Source: Thermodesulfobacteriota bacterium (GTDB taxonomy: Bacteria > Desulfobacterota > Binatia > Bin18). Taken from it: a stretch of 64,000 nucleotides of DNA. The position numbers and the translations under genes are program-made. Each line of letters begins with the position of its first letter. Positions within the stretch are counted from its first letter, which is position 1. The notes under the pieces are model-generated. The model did no database searches. It was not told the DNA's origin and worked only from the letters and a program-made list of their open reading frames with translations. Positions 10,652-20,332 of the stretch are shown here, one piece after another. The stretch lies in NCBI GenBank assembly GCA_964291405.2, contig OZ219926.1:2752001-2816000 (forward strand). Direction: 5' to 3'.

Positions 10652-11635
10652 GTGCCCCGCAACGACCAAGTCACTCGCCAGTGGTTCTTGATGCAGAAAT
10701 TGGAGCAGTCCCAAGGGGCGACCGTGCAGGAATTGGCCGCCTCCCTGCCCGAAGATTTTTCCTGTCACCCGCGCACCATTCGACGCGACCTCGAAGCCCT
10801 GGAGGCCGCGCATATTCCTCTCGTCACCGAACGCAGCAACGGGCAGACCCGCTGGCGGCTGATGGACGGCTATCGCAAAGTCCTTCCCCTGGCACTCTCG
10901 CCGACCGAACTCATGGCCCTGGTCTTCAGCCGGGATTTACTGCAACCCCTGGAAGGAACGGAACTCAAGGCGTCGCTCGATTCTGCGCTCAACAAGGCCG
11001 CAGCCGCGCTACCAGCAGAGGGCACACGCTATCTTGAGCAACTCCGAAGCCATTTTTCCGTCGGGCTGGGTGCCCACAAGACCTACCGTCAGCATAGACA
11101 GACCATAGACCACCTCCAGCGGGCCATTGCCCAGACGCGCACCGTACAAATGCGCTATTACACGGCCTCGCGCGACCGGACCGGCCGCCGCGAGGTGGAC
11201 CCCTATCACCTGTGGTACGCCGACGGCGGGCTGTATCTGATCGGCCACTGTCACCTGCGCCAGGAGGTGCGCATGTTTGCAGTGGACCGGATTCGTTCCC
11301 TGACCTTGACCAATCGTCCCTGCCAGATGCCGTTCGATTTCGACCTGGACGCTTATGTGAAGGACGCCTTGGTGGTCATGCGCGGAACACCGATTGAGGT
11401 CGAACTGTTGTTCGACAAACCCACCAGCGCCTGGGTGAAAGGCCGGCAGTGGCACCCGAGCCAGCAGACCACGGAACGGAAAGACGGACGCCTGGCCATG
11501 TCGATTCGCGCGGCAGATACGCGCGAGTTGGTTGGCTGGGTGTTGCACTTTGGTAGTGGGGTGCAGGTCATCAGCCCGGAATCCTTCCGAGACAAGGTCC
11601 GCGCAGAAGCCCAAAAAATTTGTGAACAGGAGTGA
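10652..11635 (+). CDS. HTH-WYL(-WCX) transcriptional regulator
   Basis: wHTH RTIRRDLEAL; WYL domain REVDPYHLWYADGGLYLIGHCHLRQEVRMFAVDRI; directly upstream of the cas genes. Confidence 0.92.
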   Translation: MPRNDQVTRQWFLMQKLEQSQGATVQELAASLPEDFSCHPRTIRRDLEALEAAHIPLVTERSNGQTRWRLMDGYRKVLPLALSPTELMALVFSRDLLQPLEGTELKASLDSALNKAAAALPAEGTRYLEQLRSHFSVGLGAHKTYRQHRQTIDHLQRAIAQTRTVQMRYYTASRDRTGRREVDPYHLWYADGGLYLIGHCHLRQEVRMFAVDRIRSLTLTNRPCQMPFDFDLDAYVKDALVVMRGTPIEVELLFDKPTSAWVKGRQWHPSQQTTERKDGRLAMSIRAADTRELVGWVLHFGSGVQVISPESFRDKVRAEAQKICEQE

Positions 11636-11657
11636 CCCCGGATGTCACACCGGTGTG
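11632..11657. promoter_or_regulatory. candidate WYL operator palindromes
   Basis: GTGAC-N7-GTCAC (11632-11648) overlapping the perfect palindrome CACACCGGTGTG (11646-11657). Confidence 0.5.
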
Positions 11658-11701
11658 CTACAGGCAATGCAAATGAACTGACCCAGCGACGGCCCCTGCT
11701 T

Positions 11702-11738
11702 CCCTCTCCCCTGGAGGGAGAGGGCTAGGGTGAGGGGG
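11702..11738. repeat. CCCTCTCCC..GGGAGAGGG..GGGTGAGGG short palindromic repeat
   Basis: Hairpin motif typical of REP-like intergenic repeats. Confidence 0.6.
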
Positions 11739-11764
11739 AAGAGATGGAGAAAGGAACATATCGC

Positions 11765-11890
11765 ATGCCCTCGATTGATTTAGCGTTTCGCCTGACCGGA
11801 TCAGCCCTTCCGGTTGACCACGGCTATGCCTTGTATGCCGCGCTGAGCCGGATTCTGCTCTCAACCTTCAACAAAATATCTGCCTCTTAA
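11765..11890 (+). pseudogene. cas6: truncated Cas6 (Cmx6/I-MYXAN-type) N-terminal fragment
   Basis: MPSIDLAFRLTGSALPVDHGYALYAALSRI then stop after 41 aa; RBS-like AAGGA upstream. Confidence 0.8.
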
Positions 11891-11908
11891 TATAGAAGAA
11901 CCGTTTTT

Positions 11909-12889
11909 ATGGATGATTTCTCTCCGTCTGATCTCAAGACCATTCTCCACTCAAAACGCGCCAATATGTACTACCTTCAACACTGTCGGGTATTGGTCAA
12001 TGGTGGGCGAGTGGAATATGTGACCGATCAGGGTAAACAGTCTCTCTACTGGAATATCCCTATCGCTAATACAACCTCTTTGCTTTTGGGCACGGGCACC
12101 TCAATAACACAAGCAGCAATGCGCGAATTAGCCAAGGCTGGTGTCTTGGTCGGGTTTTGCGGCGGCGGCGGCTCGCCTCTATTTGCGGCAAATGAAGTTG
12201 AAGTGGATGTGTCTTGGCTGAGTCCACAGAGCGAATATCGGCCTACGGAGTATTTACAGCACTGGGTCAGTTTCTGGTTTGACGAAGACAGCCGCGTTGC
12301 CGCTGCAAAAGCGTTCCAACACGTGCGTTTTGAACAGATTAGAAAACATTGGCTGGATTCGACAATGCAACGGGAAAGCGCGTTTGATCTCAGCGCCGCT
12401 GCTCTCACCACTATTCTTGATACGACACAAGAATCATTGGAATTGTGTCAAACAACCAATGCCATTCTTTCGCTAGAAGCCCAGATTACCAAGCATCTAT
12501 ACAGACTTGCAGTCAACGCTGTTGGCTATGGAGAGTTTGTCCGTGCGAAACGGGGCTCAGGCTCCGACTTGGCGAACCGATATCTTGACCACGGGAATTA
12601 TCTCGCTTACGGACTGGCGGCCACTGCGGCCTGGGTGCTTGGCCTGCCTCATGGTCTCGCGGTACTGCACGGAAAGACCAGGCGGGGAGGGCTGGTCTTT
12701 GATATCGCCGACCTAGTGAAAGACGCTCTGATCCTCCCGCAAGCCTTCATTTCGGCAATGGCCGGTCAGGATGAACAAGAATTTCGTCAAGCCTGCCTCC
12801 ACCGATTCAATCAAGCCGAAGCCCTGGACACCATGATAGACACCATCAAGTCTGTTGCGATTGAGTTCAGCAAAGTCCCACGACCATGA
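11909..12889 (+). CDS. cas1: type I-F CRISPR-associated endonuclease Cas1f
   Basis: SDLKTILHSKRAN, YWNIPIANTT, HGKTRRGGLVFD. Confidence 0.97.
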   Translation: MDDFSPSDLKTILHSKRANMYYLQHCRVLVNGGRVEYVTDQGKQSLYWNIPIANTTSLLLGTGTSITQAAMRELAKAGVLVGFCGGGGSPLFAANEVEVDVSWLSPQSEYRPTEYLQHWVSFWFDEDSRVAAAKAFQHVRFEQIRKHWLDSTMQRESAFDLSAAALTTILDTTQESLELCQTTNAILSLEAQITKHLYRLAVNAVGYGEFVRAKRGSGSDLANRYLDHGNYLAYGLAATAAWVLGLPHGLAVLHGKTRRGGLVFDIADLVKDALILPQAFISAMAGQDEQEFRQACLHRFNQAEALDTMIDTIKSVAIEFSKVPRP

Positions 12890-15800
12890 ATATCTTGCTT
12901 ATCTCTCAGTGCAATAAAAGAGCCCTGGTTGAAACTAGGCGCGTTCTGGATCAATTTGCAGAACGCAAAGGTGAGCGTACCTGGCAAACAGCAATCACAC
13001 TTCAAGGTTTGCAGACACTCCGCAAGATGCTGAAAAAATCAGCGCGGAGAAATACCGCCGTGGCCTGTCACAGAATCGGCGGCAAGAATTACAGCGAATT
13101 GCTGTGGGTGGTCGGCAACGCCAACAAGTTCAATATCGAAGGCACGATCCCGACCAATTTCACCCGGCGCGACGTGTTGAAGGCCGACGACGAGAACCAA
13201 TGGTACACGGCAACGATTATTGCCCTTCTCTCGGCACTAGCAGCCTTGTTTCACGACTTTGGGAAAGCCAATGTCCTGTTCCAGGACAAGCTGAAAAAAG
13301 GAAAGCGTGCCACGGAGCCATATCGCCACGAATGGGTCAGTCTCCGCATGTTTGAGGCGTTTGTTCGCGGCGAGCCAGACGAACAATGGCTGCAACGGTT
13401 AGCCAACGTTTCGAGCAGTGATGAACAGAGCCTCTTAGACCGCCTCAAAGCAATACAGGACCACCCCGATACAGTAATAGATTCGCCGTTCAAGTCTCTG
13501 AAACCCCTCGCGCAAGCGGTCGGCTGGCTTATCCTGACGCACCACAAACTTCCACAGACTCCGAAAGAGGAAAAAGGACGACTCAAGCACATTGCCTATT
13601 TCCTCAGCCGCCACCTTCAACCCGATTGGAACTCGTCTCGGGAAAGATGGGTGAAGGGCGAACGGAAAGAGTGGGCCGGCGCAGACGAAGAAGTCGGTCA
13701 GGTTTGGACTTTCCCAGACGGAACACCGTTAAGAAGTAGTACTTGGTGCAAGAAAGCCCGGAACATCGCCCAACGATTGGCGCAACCCGGCATTTTTGAT
13801 TCGTCTGATTCGTCCTGGGACAACGATTTTGTTATGCACGTTGCCCGCATGACCCTCATGCTGGCGGACCACTATTACTCGTCGCAGGACCGCGATCCAA
13901 GGTACGGGGATGATGGTTACAAGGTCTACGCCAACACTGACAAGGACGGCAATCGGAAACAACAGCTTGATGAGCACCTTGTCGGTGTCTACAAGCACAG
14001 CTTACGGATTATGAGAATCCTCCCTGGGCTGAGAAACACCTTACCGGCACTCGGACGACATGCGGCCTTCAAGAAACGGACACGAGACAGCCGGTTTCTC
14101 TGGCAGAATAAAGCCTACGAATTGGCATGTTCTCTGAAGGACAAGGCACAAGAGGGTGGTTTTTTCGGGGTAAACATGGCGTCAACCGGGTGTGGCAAAA
14201 CGTTTGCCAACGCACGCATCATGTATGCCTTGGCTGACGAGAAACGTGGCTGCCGGTTCAGTGTTGCCTTGGGTTTACGAACCCTGACACTACAGACCGG
14301 CGATGCTTTCCGGCAAAGAATGCTGCTAGACGAAGATGATATGGCAGTGATGATTGGCTCTGCCGCGGTCCGCAAGCTCCATGAAGATCAAGTGGCGGAA
14401 AAGGAAAAAGAGGAACAGGAAAAACCGGACAGGTTCACCGGATCGGAATCCGCCGAGGCGTTAGATGACGACTATTACATCATCTATGACGAGGCGCTTG
14501 CAGATACCGCGCTCAAGCGTTGGCTCAAAGCCTCGCCAAAGGCAGACCGTATGGTCGGTGCGCCTATCTTGGTCAGCACGATTGACCATCTTATGCCAGC
14601 AACGGAAGGCACGCGCGGCGGCCGGCAGATTGCTCCCATGCTCCGCCTGCTGACCTCAGACTTGGTGATAGACGAGCCGGACGATTTCAGTCTTGATGAC
14701 CTCAAGGCACTGACCCGTTTGGTCCATTGGGCCGGAATGCTGGGCAGCAAGGTCGTGCTCTCTTCCGCAACGCTTTCTCCTGCTCTCCTGACCGGACTCT
14801 TCCAGGCATATCATATTGGACGGACCGTCTATAACAAAAATTGTGGAAACCCGAACCAGGAAACTATCTACTGCGCGTGGTTTGACGAGAAAAAGGCAGA
14901 GCCCGCAGCCATTGCCAATGTCGAAGAGTTTCGTGCCAATGTGGAGAAGTTTCGTCAACAGCACAGTACTTTTACGAAGGATCGAGCGGCAGAGCTCGCA
15001 ACTGGACATCCGAAACGAAAAGCAGAAATCGTGTCGTTGACCGGCTCTGTACTGACGCCGCAGGACGCTGTGAATGTAATGAGTGAAAAGATTCTCGAAG
15101 GCATACACCGACTGCACAGCGACCACAGCCAAGAAGACCCAAAGACCAAGAAAAGAATCAGTGTTGGTCTGGTCCGCATGGCGAACATCAACCCGCTTGT
15201 ATCCGTCGCACAGCGTTTGCTGGAAAAGGAGCCCCCGGCTGATACAACTGTCCACTATTGCGTGTACCATAGTCGGTTTCCCTTGATCGTGCGATCCGAA
15301 ATCGAGCGCATTCTTGATACGGTCCTGACTCGAAAGGACGGCAAAGAACTCTGGCAGTCCTCCGTTATCCAAGAAGCAATCGCACGCGCCGCTACCACAA
15401 ATCATATCTTTGTCGTGATAGCCTCTCCCGTAGCCGAGATCGGACGCGATCATGACTATGATTGGGCAGTTGTCGAACCGAGTTCTATGCGGTCTCTCGT
15501 CCAAATAGGCGGACGGGTCTTACGTCACAGGGACCGGCTACCAGAAACGGTGAACATGCTCTTGTTGAGTAAAAACTATAGGGGTTTGACAGGCAAACGG
15601 CCCGCGTTCTGTCGCCCCGGTTTCGAGTCCGACGACAGGCGACTTACCCGCTATGACTTGGCCGACCTTCTCTGCGAGGACCAATACACCGTGATTGATT
15701 CCCGACCCTGCATCGTCCCGAGAGAGAATTTCGACCCAACACAAAACCTGGCGGACATGGAACATCGGGAAACCGATCTTGCCTTCTCCAGCCCTGACCA

Positions 15801-16206
15801 AAGCGACCCATATGCCTCGCAGTGGATCAAATCACGCGCCACGCTGACCGGGGAGCTTCAGAAGCGGACGCCGTTTCGGAAGTCTGCCAAAGAAGACGAC
15901 TATTTCCTGCACCTAGGAGAAGGCGATGAGGAACCCACAGTCAGAAAATGGCACGGAGACGGACCGTACAAAGAAGCCAAAGACTGTGATGAGATTAACC
16001 TGACCGAACTGTCTATAGATTCTGGCAACAGAATATGGGGGCACGTTGCTTACTCGGACGCACTGAACCGGCTGGCACAGAAGGAAGGCAAGGACGTAGA
16101 AGAACTTGGCAAGACCTACGGGACGTTTTCCTTGCGGCCTGCACGGATTGGCTGGCCTTGGCAATATACCCCAAAAATCGGTTTTTATGAGCCGATGAAA
16201 AAATGA
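12886..16206 (+). CDS. cas3: type I-F Cas2-3 fusion helicase/nuclease
   Basis: Cas2 N-terminus MNILLISQCNKRAL, HDFGK HD motif, STGCGKT, DEPD, QIGGRVLRHR. Confidence 0.97.
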   Translation: MNILLISQCNKRALVETRRVLDQFAERKGERTWQTAITLQGLQTLRKMLKKSARRNTAVACHRIGGKNYSELLWVVGNANKFNIEGTIPTNFTRRDVLKADDENQWYTATIIALLSALAALFHDFGKANVLFQDKLKKGKRATEPYRHEWVSLRMFEAFVRGEPDEQWLQRLANVSSSDEQSLLDRLKAIQDHPDTVIDSPFKSLKPLAQAVGWLILTHHKLPQTPKEEKGRLKHIAYFLSRHLQPDWNSSRERWVKGERKEWAGADEEVGQVWTFPDGTPLRSSTWCKKARNIAQRLAQPGIFDSSDSSWDNDFVMHVARMTLMLADHYYSSQDRDPRYGDDGYKVYANTDKDGNRKQQLDEHLVGVYKHSLRIMRILPGLRNTLPALGRHAAFKKRTRDSRFLWQNKAYELACSLKDKAQEGGFFGVNMASTGCGKTFANARIMYALADEKRGCRFSVALGLRTLTLQTGDAFRQRMLLDEDDMAVMIGSAAVRKLHEDQVAEKEKEEQEKPDRFTGSESAEALDDDYYIIYDEALADTALKRWLKASPKADRMVGAPILVSTIDHLMPATEGTRGGRQIAPMLRLLTSDLVIDEPDDFSLDDLKALTRLVHWAGMLGSKVVLSSATLSPALLTGLFQAYHIGRTVYNKNCGNPNQETIYCAWFDEKKAEPAAIANVEEFRANVEKFRQQHSTFTKDRAAELATGHPKRKAEIVSLTGSVLTPQDAVNVMSEKILEGIHRLHSDHSQEDPKTKKRISVGLVRMANINPLVSVAQRLLEKEPPADTTVHYCVYHSRFPLIVRSEIERILDTVLTRKDGKELWQSSVIQEAIARAATTNHIFVVIASPVAEIGRDHDYDWAVVEPSSMRSLVQIGGRVLRHRDRLPETVNMLLLSKNYRGLTGKRPAFCRPGFESDDRRLTRYDLADLLCEDQYTVIDSRPCIVPRENFDPTQNLADMEHRETDLAFSSPDQSDPYASQWIKSRATLTGELQKRTPFRKSAKEDDYFLHLGEGDEEPTVRKWHGDGPYKEAKDCDEINLTELSIDSGNRIWGHVAYSDALNRLAQKEGKDVEELGKTYGTFSLRPARIGWPWQYTPKIGFYEPMKK

Positions 16207-16258
16207 CGGTTTGCTTCGTATCGGCCAGTAAGATGGCAGGAACGAAGCTAACGGACCA

Positions 16259-16286
16259 ATTCACTACCGCACGGGTAGCTAAGAAA
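16259..16286 (+). CRISPR. solitary diverged type I-F repeat in the cas3-csy1 intergenic region
   Basis: ATTCACTACCGCACGGGTAGCTAAGAAA matches the array repeat at 23/28; stem CTACC/GGTAG carries a compensatory G-C to A-T change; CTAAGAAA handle intact. Confidence 0.85.
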
Positions 16287-16321
16287 TATCTATCGATATT
16301 TATACTTTTAGAGGAGATTTC

Positions 16322-17602
16322 GTGATGCCAAACACACAACAGAACGGGCTTACTGCTCGAATCCTGGAATACGTCCAGCAACGAGAAGCCGAGGAACTGA
16401 AGAACGTCAAGGACGATGCCAAACGACTGAAAATCGCGGCCAAGTACGAACCTCAAACCTGGCTGAGCGAGAAAGCCCGTACAGCAAAAAGCGTCGCTGC
16501 CTCCTCTTGGCAGTCATTCTCCGATGTCACGCATGTGGCGAAGTTTGTCCACGGCGGCGCAGAGGCGAGTAGCGTTTCCACAACGGGAGCGAAAGAAACT
16601 GACGGCTATATTTCCACGCCCAGTGTTGCAATGCTCACCTACGATACCGCCTGCAATGCTGCTGCCCTCCCTATTAAGCCTTTCTTGCTTCTCGAACATG
16701 ACGGTCGGACACTGATTGATGCCTTGCGACAAGGGGACGTGTCTCCGCTCTTGGAGATTGCTCCAGATGAAACAACGGCGCAGGAGTGGGCAAGCGCGTT
16801 TATCTCGGCTTTTGAGGCAAAGGAACCCGACGCACACATGATCAAACAGTGCTATTGGCCGGTCCCCAGCGATGGGTATCATCTCCAGATTCCGCTTTAC
16901 CCTACGTCATTCGCGCAGGCGATTTATGCGTCTATTCAACGCGCAAAATTCTCCGGCGAGGCCAAAGCAACCCGGAAAGCCCGCAGCGATGAACAGGAAT
17001 CCGACCGAGAAGATGTCCGCTATCCAAACCTTGCCATTCAGAGCTTTGGCGGCTCTAACAAACAGAACATCAGCCAACTGAACAGCCCGCGTGGTGGCAA
17101 AGCCTACTTGTTCTCATGCGCGCCACCAACCTGGAAACGACGGAACGCTCCGCCTCTGCACATCTCCTCCGTTTTTCCCTCTTGCTTTGAACGCCAAGTC
17201 CGGTCCCGACATATCAAGCCGCTACAGGAGTTCCTGTACAGCGTTCGAGACAAGGACACTAACGCCAGAATCAGAAAACACCGCGAGGGACGGGTGGATG
17301 CCCTGATAGATGTCATTCTGAGTCAGGCGGCTGACATTCAACAGATGCAACCGGGATGGAGCGCTGACCCTGACTGCCGGTTGCCGCTTGCGGAGCAGTA
17401 TTGGTTAGACCCTGAAAGAGCGGAGACGGATGAGGGTTTTCGGTCCGAACGAGACGCGGCTGACTGGCAAACCGAGGTCGCCAACACCTTTGCTATCTGG
17501 CTCAGTCGCAAACTGGAGCGTAACGGGCTTGCTTTCGGTGCCGATGAACAACATGCACTACGCAGCGATTGGCGTAATCGCATGAGGGAGGGGATTGTAT
17601 GA
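16322..17602 (+). CDS. csy1: type I-F Cas8f (Csy1)
   Basis: THVAKFVH, KQCYWPV, FGGSNKQNISQLNS, WLDP. Confidence 0.93.
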   Translation: MMPNTQQNGLTARILEYVQQREAEELKNVKDDAKRLKIAAKYEPQTWLSEKARTAKSVAASSWQSFSDVTHVAKFVHGGAEASSVSTTGAKETDGYISTPSVAMLTYDTACNAAALPIKPFLLLEHDGRTLIDALRQGDVSPLLEIAPDETTAQEWASAFISAFEAKEPDAHMIKQCYWPVPSDGYHLQIPLYPTSFAQAIYASIQRAKFSGEAKATRKARSDEQESDREDVRYPNLAIQSFGGSNKQNISQLNSPRGGKAYLFSCAPPTWKRRNAPPLHISSVFPSCFERQVRSRHIKPLQEFLYSVRDKDTNARIRKHREGRVDALIDVILSQAADIQQMQPGWSADPDCRLPLAEQYWLDPERAETDEGFRSERDAADWQTEVANTFAIWLSRKLERNGLAFGADEQHALRSDWRNRMREGIV

Positions 17603-18531
17603 TGGACCATGATTTTGTTGTTGTTTTGAGGCATCTGGAAGTCCACGGGGCCAACGCCATTACTGGCGCGACCTATGGGTTTCCCGCAATAACGCATTTC
17701 CTGGGCCACGCGCACGCCTTGCAACGCAAGCTGTCGGAAGAGTTTGCTCTGACCTTTGACGGCTGCGGGGTTGTTTGTCACCGGCATCATGTCCACGCGC
17801 ACAGACCTCCTGGCGGCCTTGGCTTCACCGATTTCGGTTTCGCTCTGAGCCGCAATCCTCTTGATAAAAAGGGCCAGTCACCGTCGTTTGTCGAAGAGGG
17901 CAAGATGAATATGGAGGTGACGCTGCTCATAGCCGTAACGGAAGGAAACCAACCAATCGGTCCGGTAGAGCAGGAGAAACTAAAAAAAGATTTGTTGAAC
18001 CAGTCAACCCGACAACGCTTGGCCGGTGGAGTTATTACCAACACGCCGGAAATTGAAATCATCCAGAGCGAGGCTTTTGAAGAGGGCCGGAAGAAAATCC
18101 TACGAGACCTCCTGCCGGGATTTGCGTTAGTGAGTCGGCACGATTTGCTGCTGGCCGAGCAGGACCGACAACGCAAGGCTGGCGTTCAAGACCCGGAACT
18201 CGCCGCCTGGATGTCGTTTTCGACGATACGGTACGCCGCCGATACAAACCAAACACAGAACGGCAAAACTCCGTGGCTGTTGGTGGAAAAACCGGCGACC
18301 GGGTGGATCACGCCTCTTGCCGTAGGCTATCGGCGCATCTCCCCACTGTACGGCCCTGGAAAGGTCAAGAATGTCCGCGACCCGACTGTACCGGCCTGTT
18401 TTGTGGAAAACCTGTATTCCCTCGGGCAGTGGATCAGTCCGCACAGAATCACAGACACGGACCATTTGTTCTGGCAGCAGGAATACGACGGTACAGGGCG
18501 GTATCTCTGCCGCAATTCGTATGAACCATAA
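17599..18531 (+). CDS. csy2: type I-F Cas5f (Csy2)
   Basis: [48 protein letters not shown]. Confidence 0.95.
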   Translation: MMDHDFVVVLRHLEVHGANAITGATYGFPAITHFLGHAHALQRKLSEEFALTFDGCGVVCHRHHVHAHRPPGGLGFTDFGFALSRNPLDKKGQSPSFVEEGKMNMEVTLLIAVTEGNQPIGPVEQEKLKKDLLNQSTRQRLAGGVITNTPEIEIIQSEAFEEGRKKILRDLLPGFALVSRHDLLLAEQDRQRKAGVQDPELAAWMSFSTIRYAADTNQTQNGKTPWLLVEKPATGWITPLAVGYRRISPLYGPGKVKNVRDPTVPACFVENLYSLGQWISPHRITDTDHLFWQQEYDGTGRYLCRNSYEP

Positions 18532-18619
18532 AGAGGGAGATGGTGATGTAGACATAGAAGGTTCGTGCGGAAAGAGGGCCGATTTCACAAACCGAAAGTA
18601 CAAAGAAAGGACCATCACT

Positions 18620-19642
18620 ATGACAACGCAGGTAAAAACAGCATCAGTCCTGGCGTTCGAGCGGAAACTGGCGAACTCCGACGGCCTGATGTACTCAGGC
18701 AAATGGGAGAATCGAGACAATGCGGAATCCTGGTCGCCACTGACGGTCCACGAGAAAGCAGTACGGGGTACTATCTCAAACCGCCCGAAGACCAAAGGCG
18801 ATTCAGACCCTTTGAAACTGAACGAGAAAATCGAGAACCCGAATCCCCAGACGGTCGATGTGGCCATGCTGCCGCACGATCACGACACGGTGATACTCGC
18901 GTTTACGCTTCGAGTGCTCTCAGACCTGGATGTCCCATCTGCGTGTAATGACGCGGACTACCAAGAGGCGTTGGGGACAACGATCAATACCTATATCGCC
19001 AAGCACGGTTTTGCCGAATTGTCTCAGCGCTATGCCACGAATATAGCCAATGGGCGCTTCCTGTGGCGGAATCGTGTCGGCGCTGAAACCGTTACGGTAC
19101 GTGTGACCCGGTATCAGGGGCAGGAAGTCGTAGCCAGATGGGACTTTGAGAGCGGCCGTATATCCTTGCGGGATTTCGGTACTACGGACGTGGACGTGTC
19201 TGCACTCGCAGCCGCTATTGAAGCCGGTCTGAAAGGGGAGGCGTTTACGTTTCTCAAGATAGAAGGCTTTGCCCGTCTCGGCGAGGGACAGGAGGTGTTT
19301 CCCTCTCAGGAACTCATTTTAGACCGAGACAATGCCGGGAAGAGCAAAACGCTCTATGAAATTGGGGGTGTGGCGGGATTGCATTCTCAAAAAATCGGCA
19401 ACGCGCTGAGAACAATAGACACCTGGTATCCCGAAGCAGACCAATTTGGCCCCATATCGGTTGAACCGTTTGGCTCCGTCACCAATCGTGGCAAGGCATA
19501 CCGCCAGCCCAAAGACAAGCTGGATTTCTATACCCTCCTCGATAATTGGGTCTTAAAAGGAAAGACCCCCGAAGTGGAACAGCAACATTACGTTATGGCC
19601 GTGTTGGTTCGGGGCGGTGTTTTTGGAGAAAAGTCAGAGTGA
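18620..19642 (+). CDS. csy3: type I-F Cas7f (Csy3)
   Basis: [41 protein letters not shown]. Confidence 0.96.
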   Translation: MTTQVKTASVLAFERKLANSDGLMYSGKWENRDNAESWSPLTVHEKAVRGTISNRPKTKGDSDPLKLNEKIENPNPQTVDVAMLPHDHDTVILAFTLRVLSDLDVPSACNDADYQEALGTTINTYIAKHGFAELSQRYATNIANGRFLWRNRVGAETVTVRVTRYQGQEVVARWDFESGRISLRDFGTTDVDVSALAAAIEAGLKGEAFTFLKIEGFARLGEGQEVFPSQELILDRDNAGKSKTLYEIGGVAGLHSQKIGNALRTIDTWYPEADQFGPISVEPFGSVTNRGKAYRQPKDKLDFYTLLDNWVLKGKTPEVEQQHYVMAVLVRGGVFGEKSE

Positions 19643-19651
19643 GGTAGGAGC

Positions 19652-20203
19652 ATGGACCATTACGTTGATATCCAGGTGCTTCCCGACCCGGAGTTTCTGG
19701 AGACCACGCTCATGAATGAACTGTTCTCCAAATTGCACCGGGCGCTGGGGAAACACGGGCAGGGCAAAATAGGAGTGAGTTTTCCCAAGCACGGCAAAAC
19801 CCTTGGACCGCGAATTCGTCTACATGGCAGCAAAGGGGCGCTTGAGGAATTCATGCAAACGCAGTGGATAGCGGGCATGACGGATTATTGTCGTGTCAGC
19901 GCTGTTTGCCCTGTCCCCCCTCAGACTTCATTCTGTACGGTCAGGCGAGTCCAAGCGAAGAGTGCATACAACAAACGGAACCGCTCGGTGGCGAAGGGCT
20001 GGTTGGATGAATCTGAAGCGCAGAAGCGTATTCCCGATTCTCAACAGAGAATGCTTGATCTGCCATACGCTCAACTCCGCAGTTTATCGAATGGAAATAT
20101 GATGCGCGTTTATATTGAGCATAGTAAGCCGATCCAACAATCCGTCGCAGGGTCATTTTCCGCCTATGGTCTCAGCAGCACTGCTACCGTCCCCTGGTTT
20201 TGA
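19652..20203 (+). CDS. csy4: type I-F Cas6f (Csy4) crRNA endoribonuclease
   Basis: MDHYVDI..PDPEF, catalytic His in KLHRAL, YGLSSTATVPWF. Confidence 0.96.
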   Translation: MDHYVDIQVLPDPEFLETTLMNELFSKLHRALGKHGQGKIGVSFPKHGKTLGPRIRLHGSKGALEEFMQTQWIAGMTDYCRVSAVCPVPPQTSFCTVRRVQAKSAYNKRNRSVAKGWLDESEAQKRIPDSQQRMLDLPYAQLRSLSNGNMMRVYIEHSKPIQQSVAGSFSAYGLSSTATVPWF

Positions 20204-20332
20204 CCCTTTTTTCCTGGTTATCCATAACCCTTTGATTTACTTGTATATTTTTTAGGGGTTCGTATTAAGGTAAAGTCGTCACGTTTTACCCGAACTCCTT
20301 GAGAATCAAAGGCTTACACATCTGTGTCTTCA
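20204..20332 (+). promoter_or_regulatory. CRISPR leader with two IHF consensus sites
   Basis: AT-rich; WATCAANNNNTTR matches at 20225-20237 (minus) and 20304-20316 (plus). Confidence 0.8.

Noticed and set aside
11909-20203. Tn7-associated I-F3 (CAST) system
   Set aside because: Cas1 and Cas2-3 are intact, Cas8f and Cas5f are separate, and there are no tns/tniQ genes
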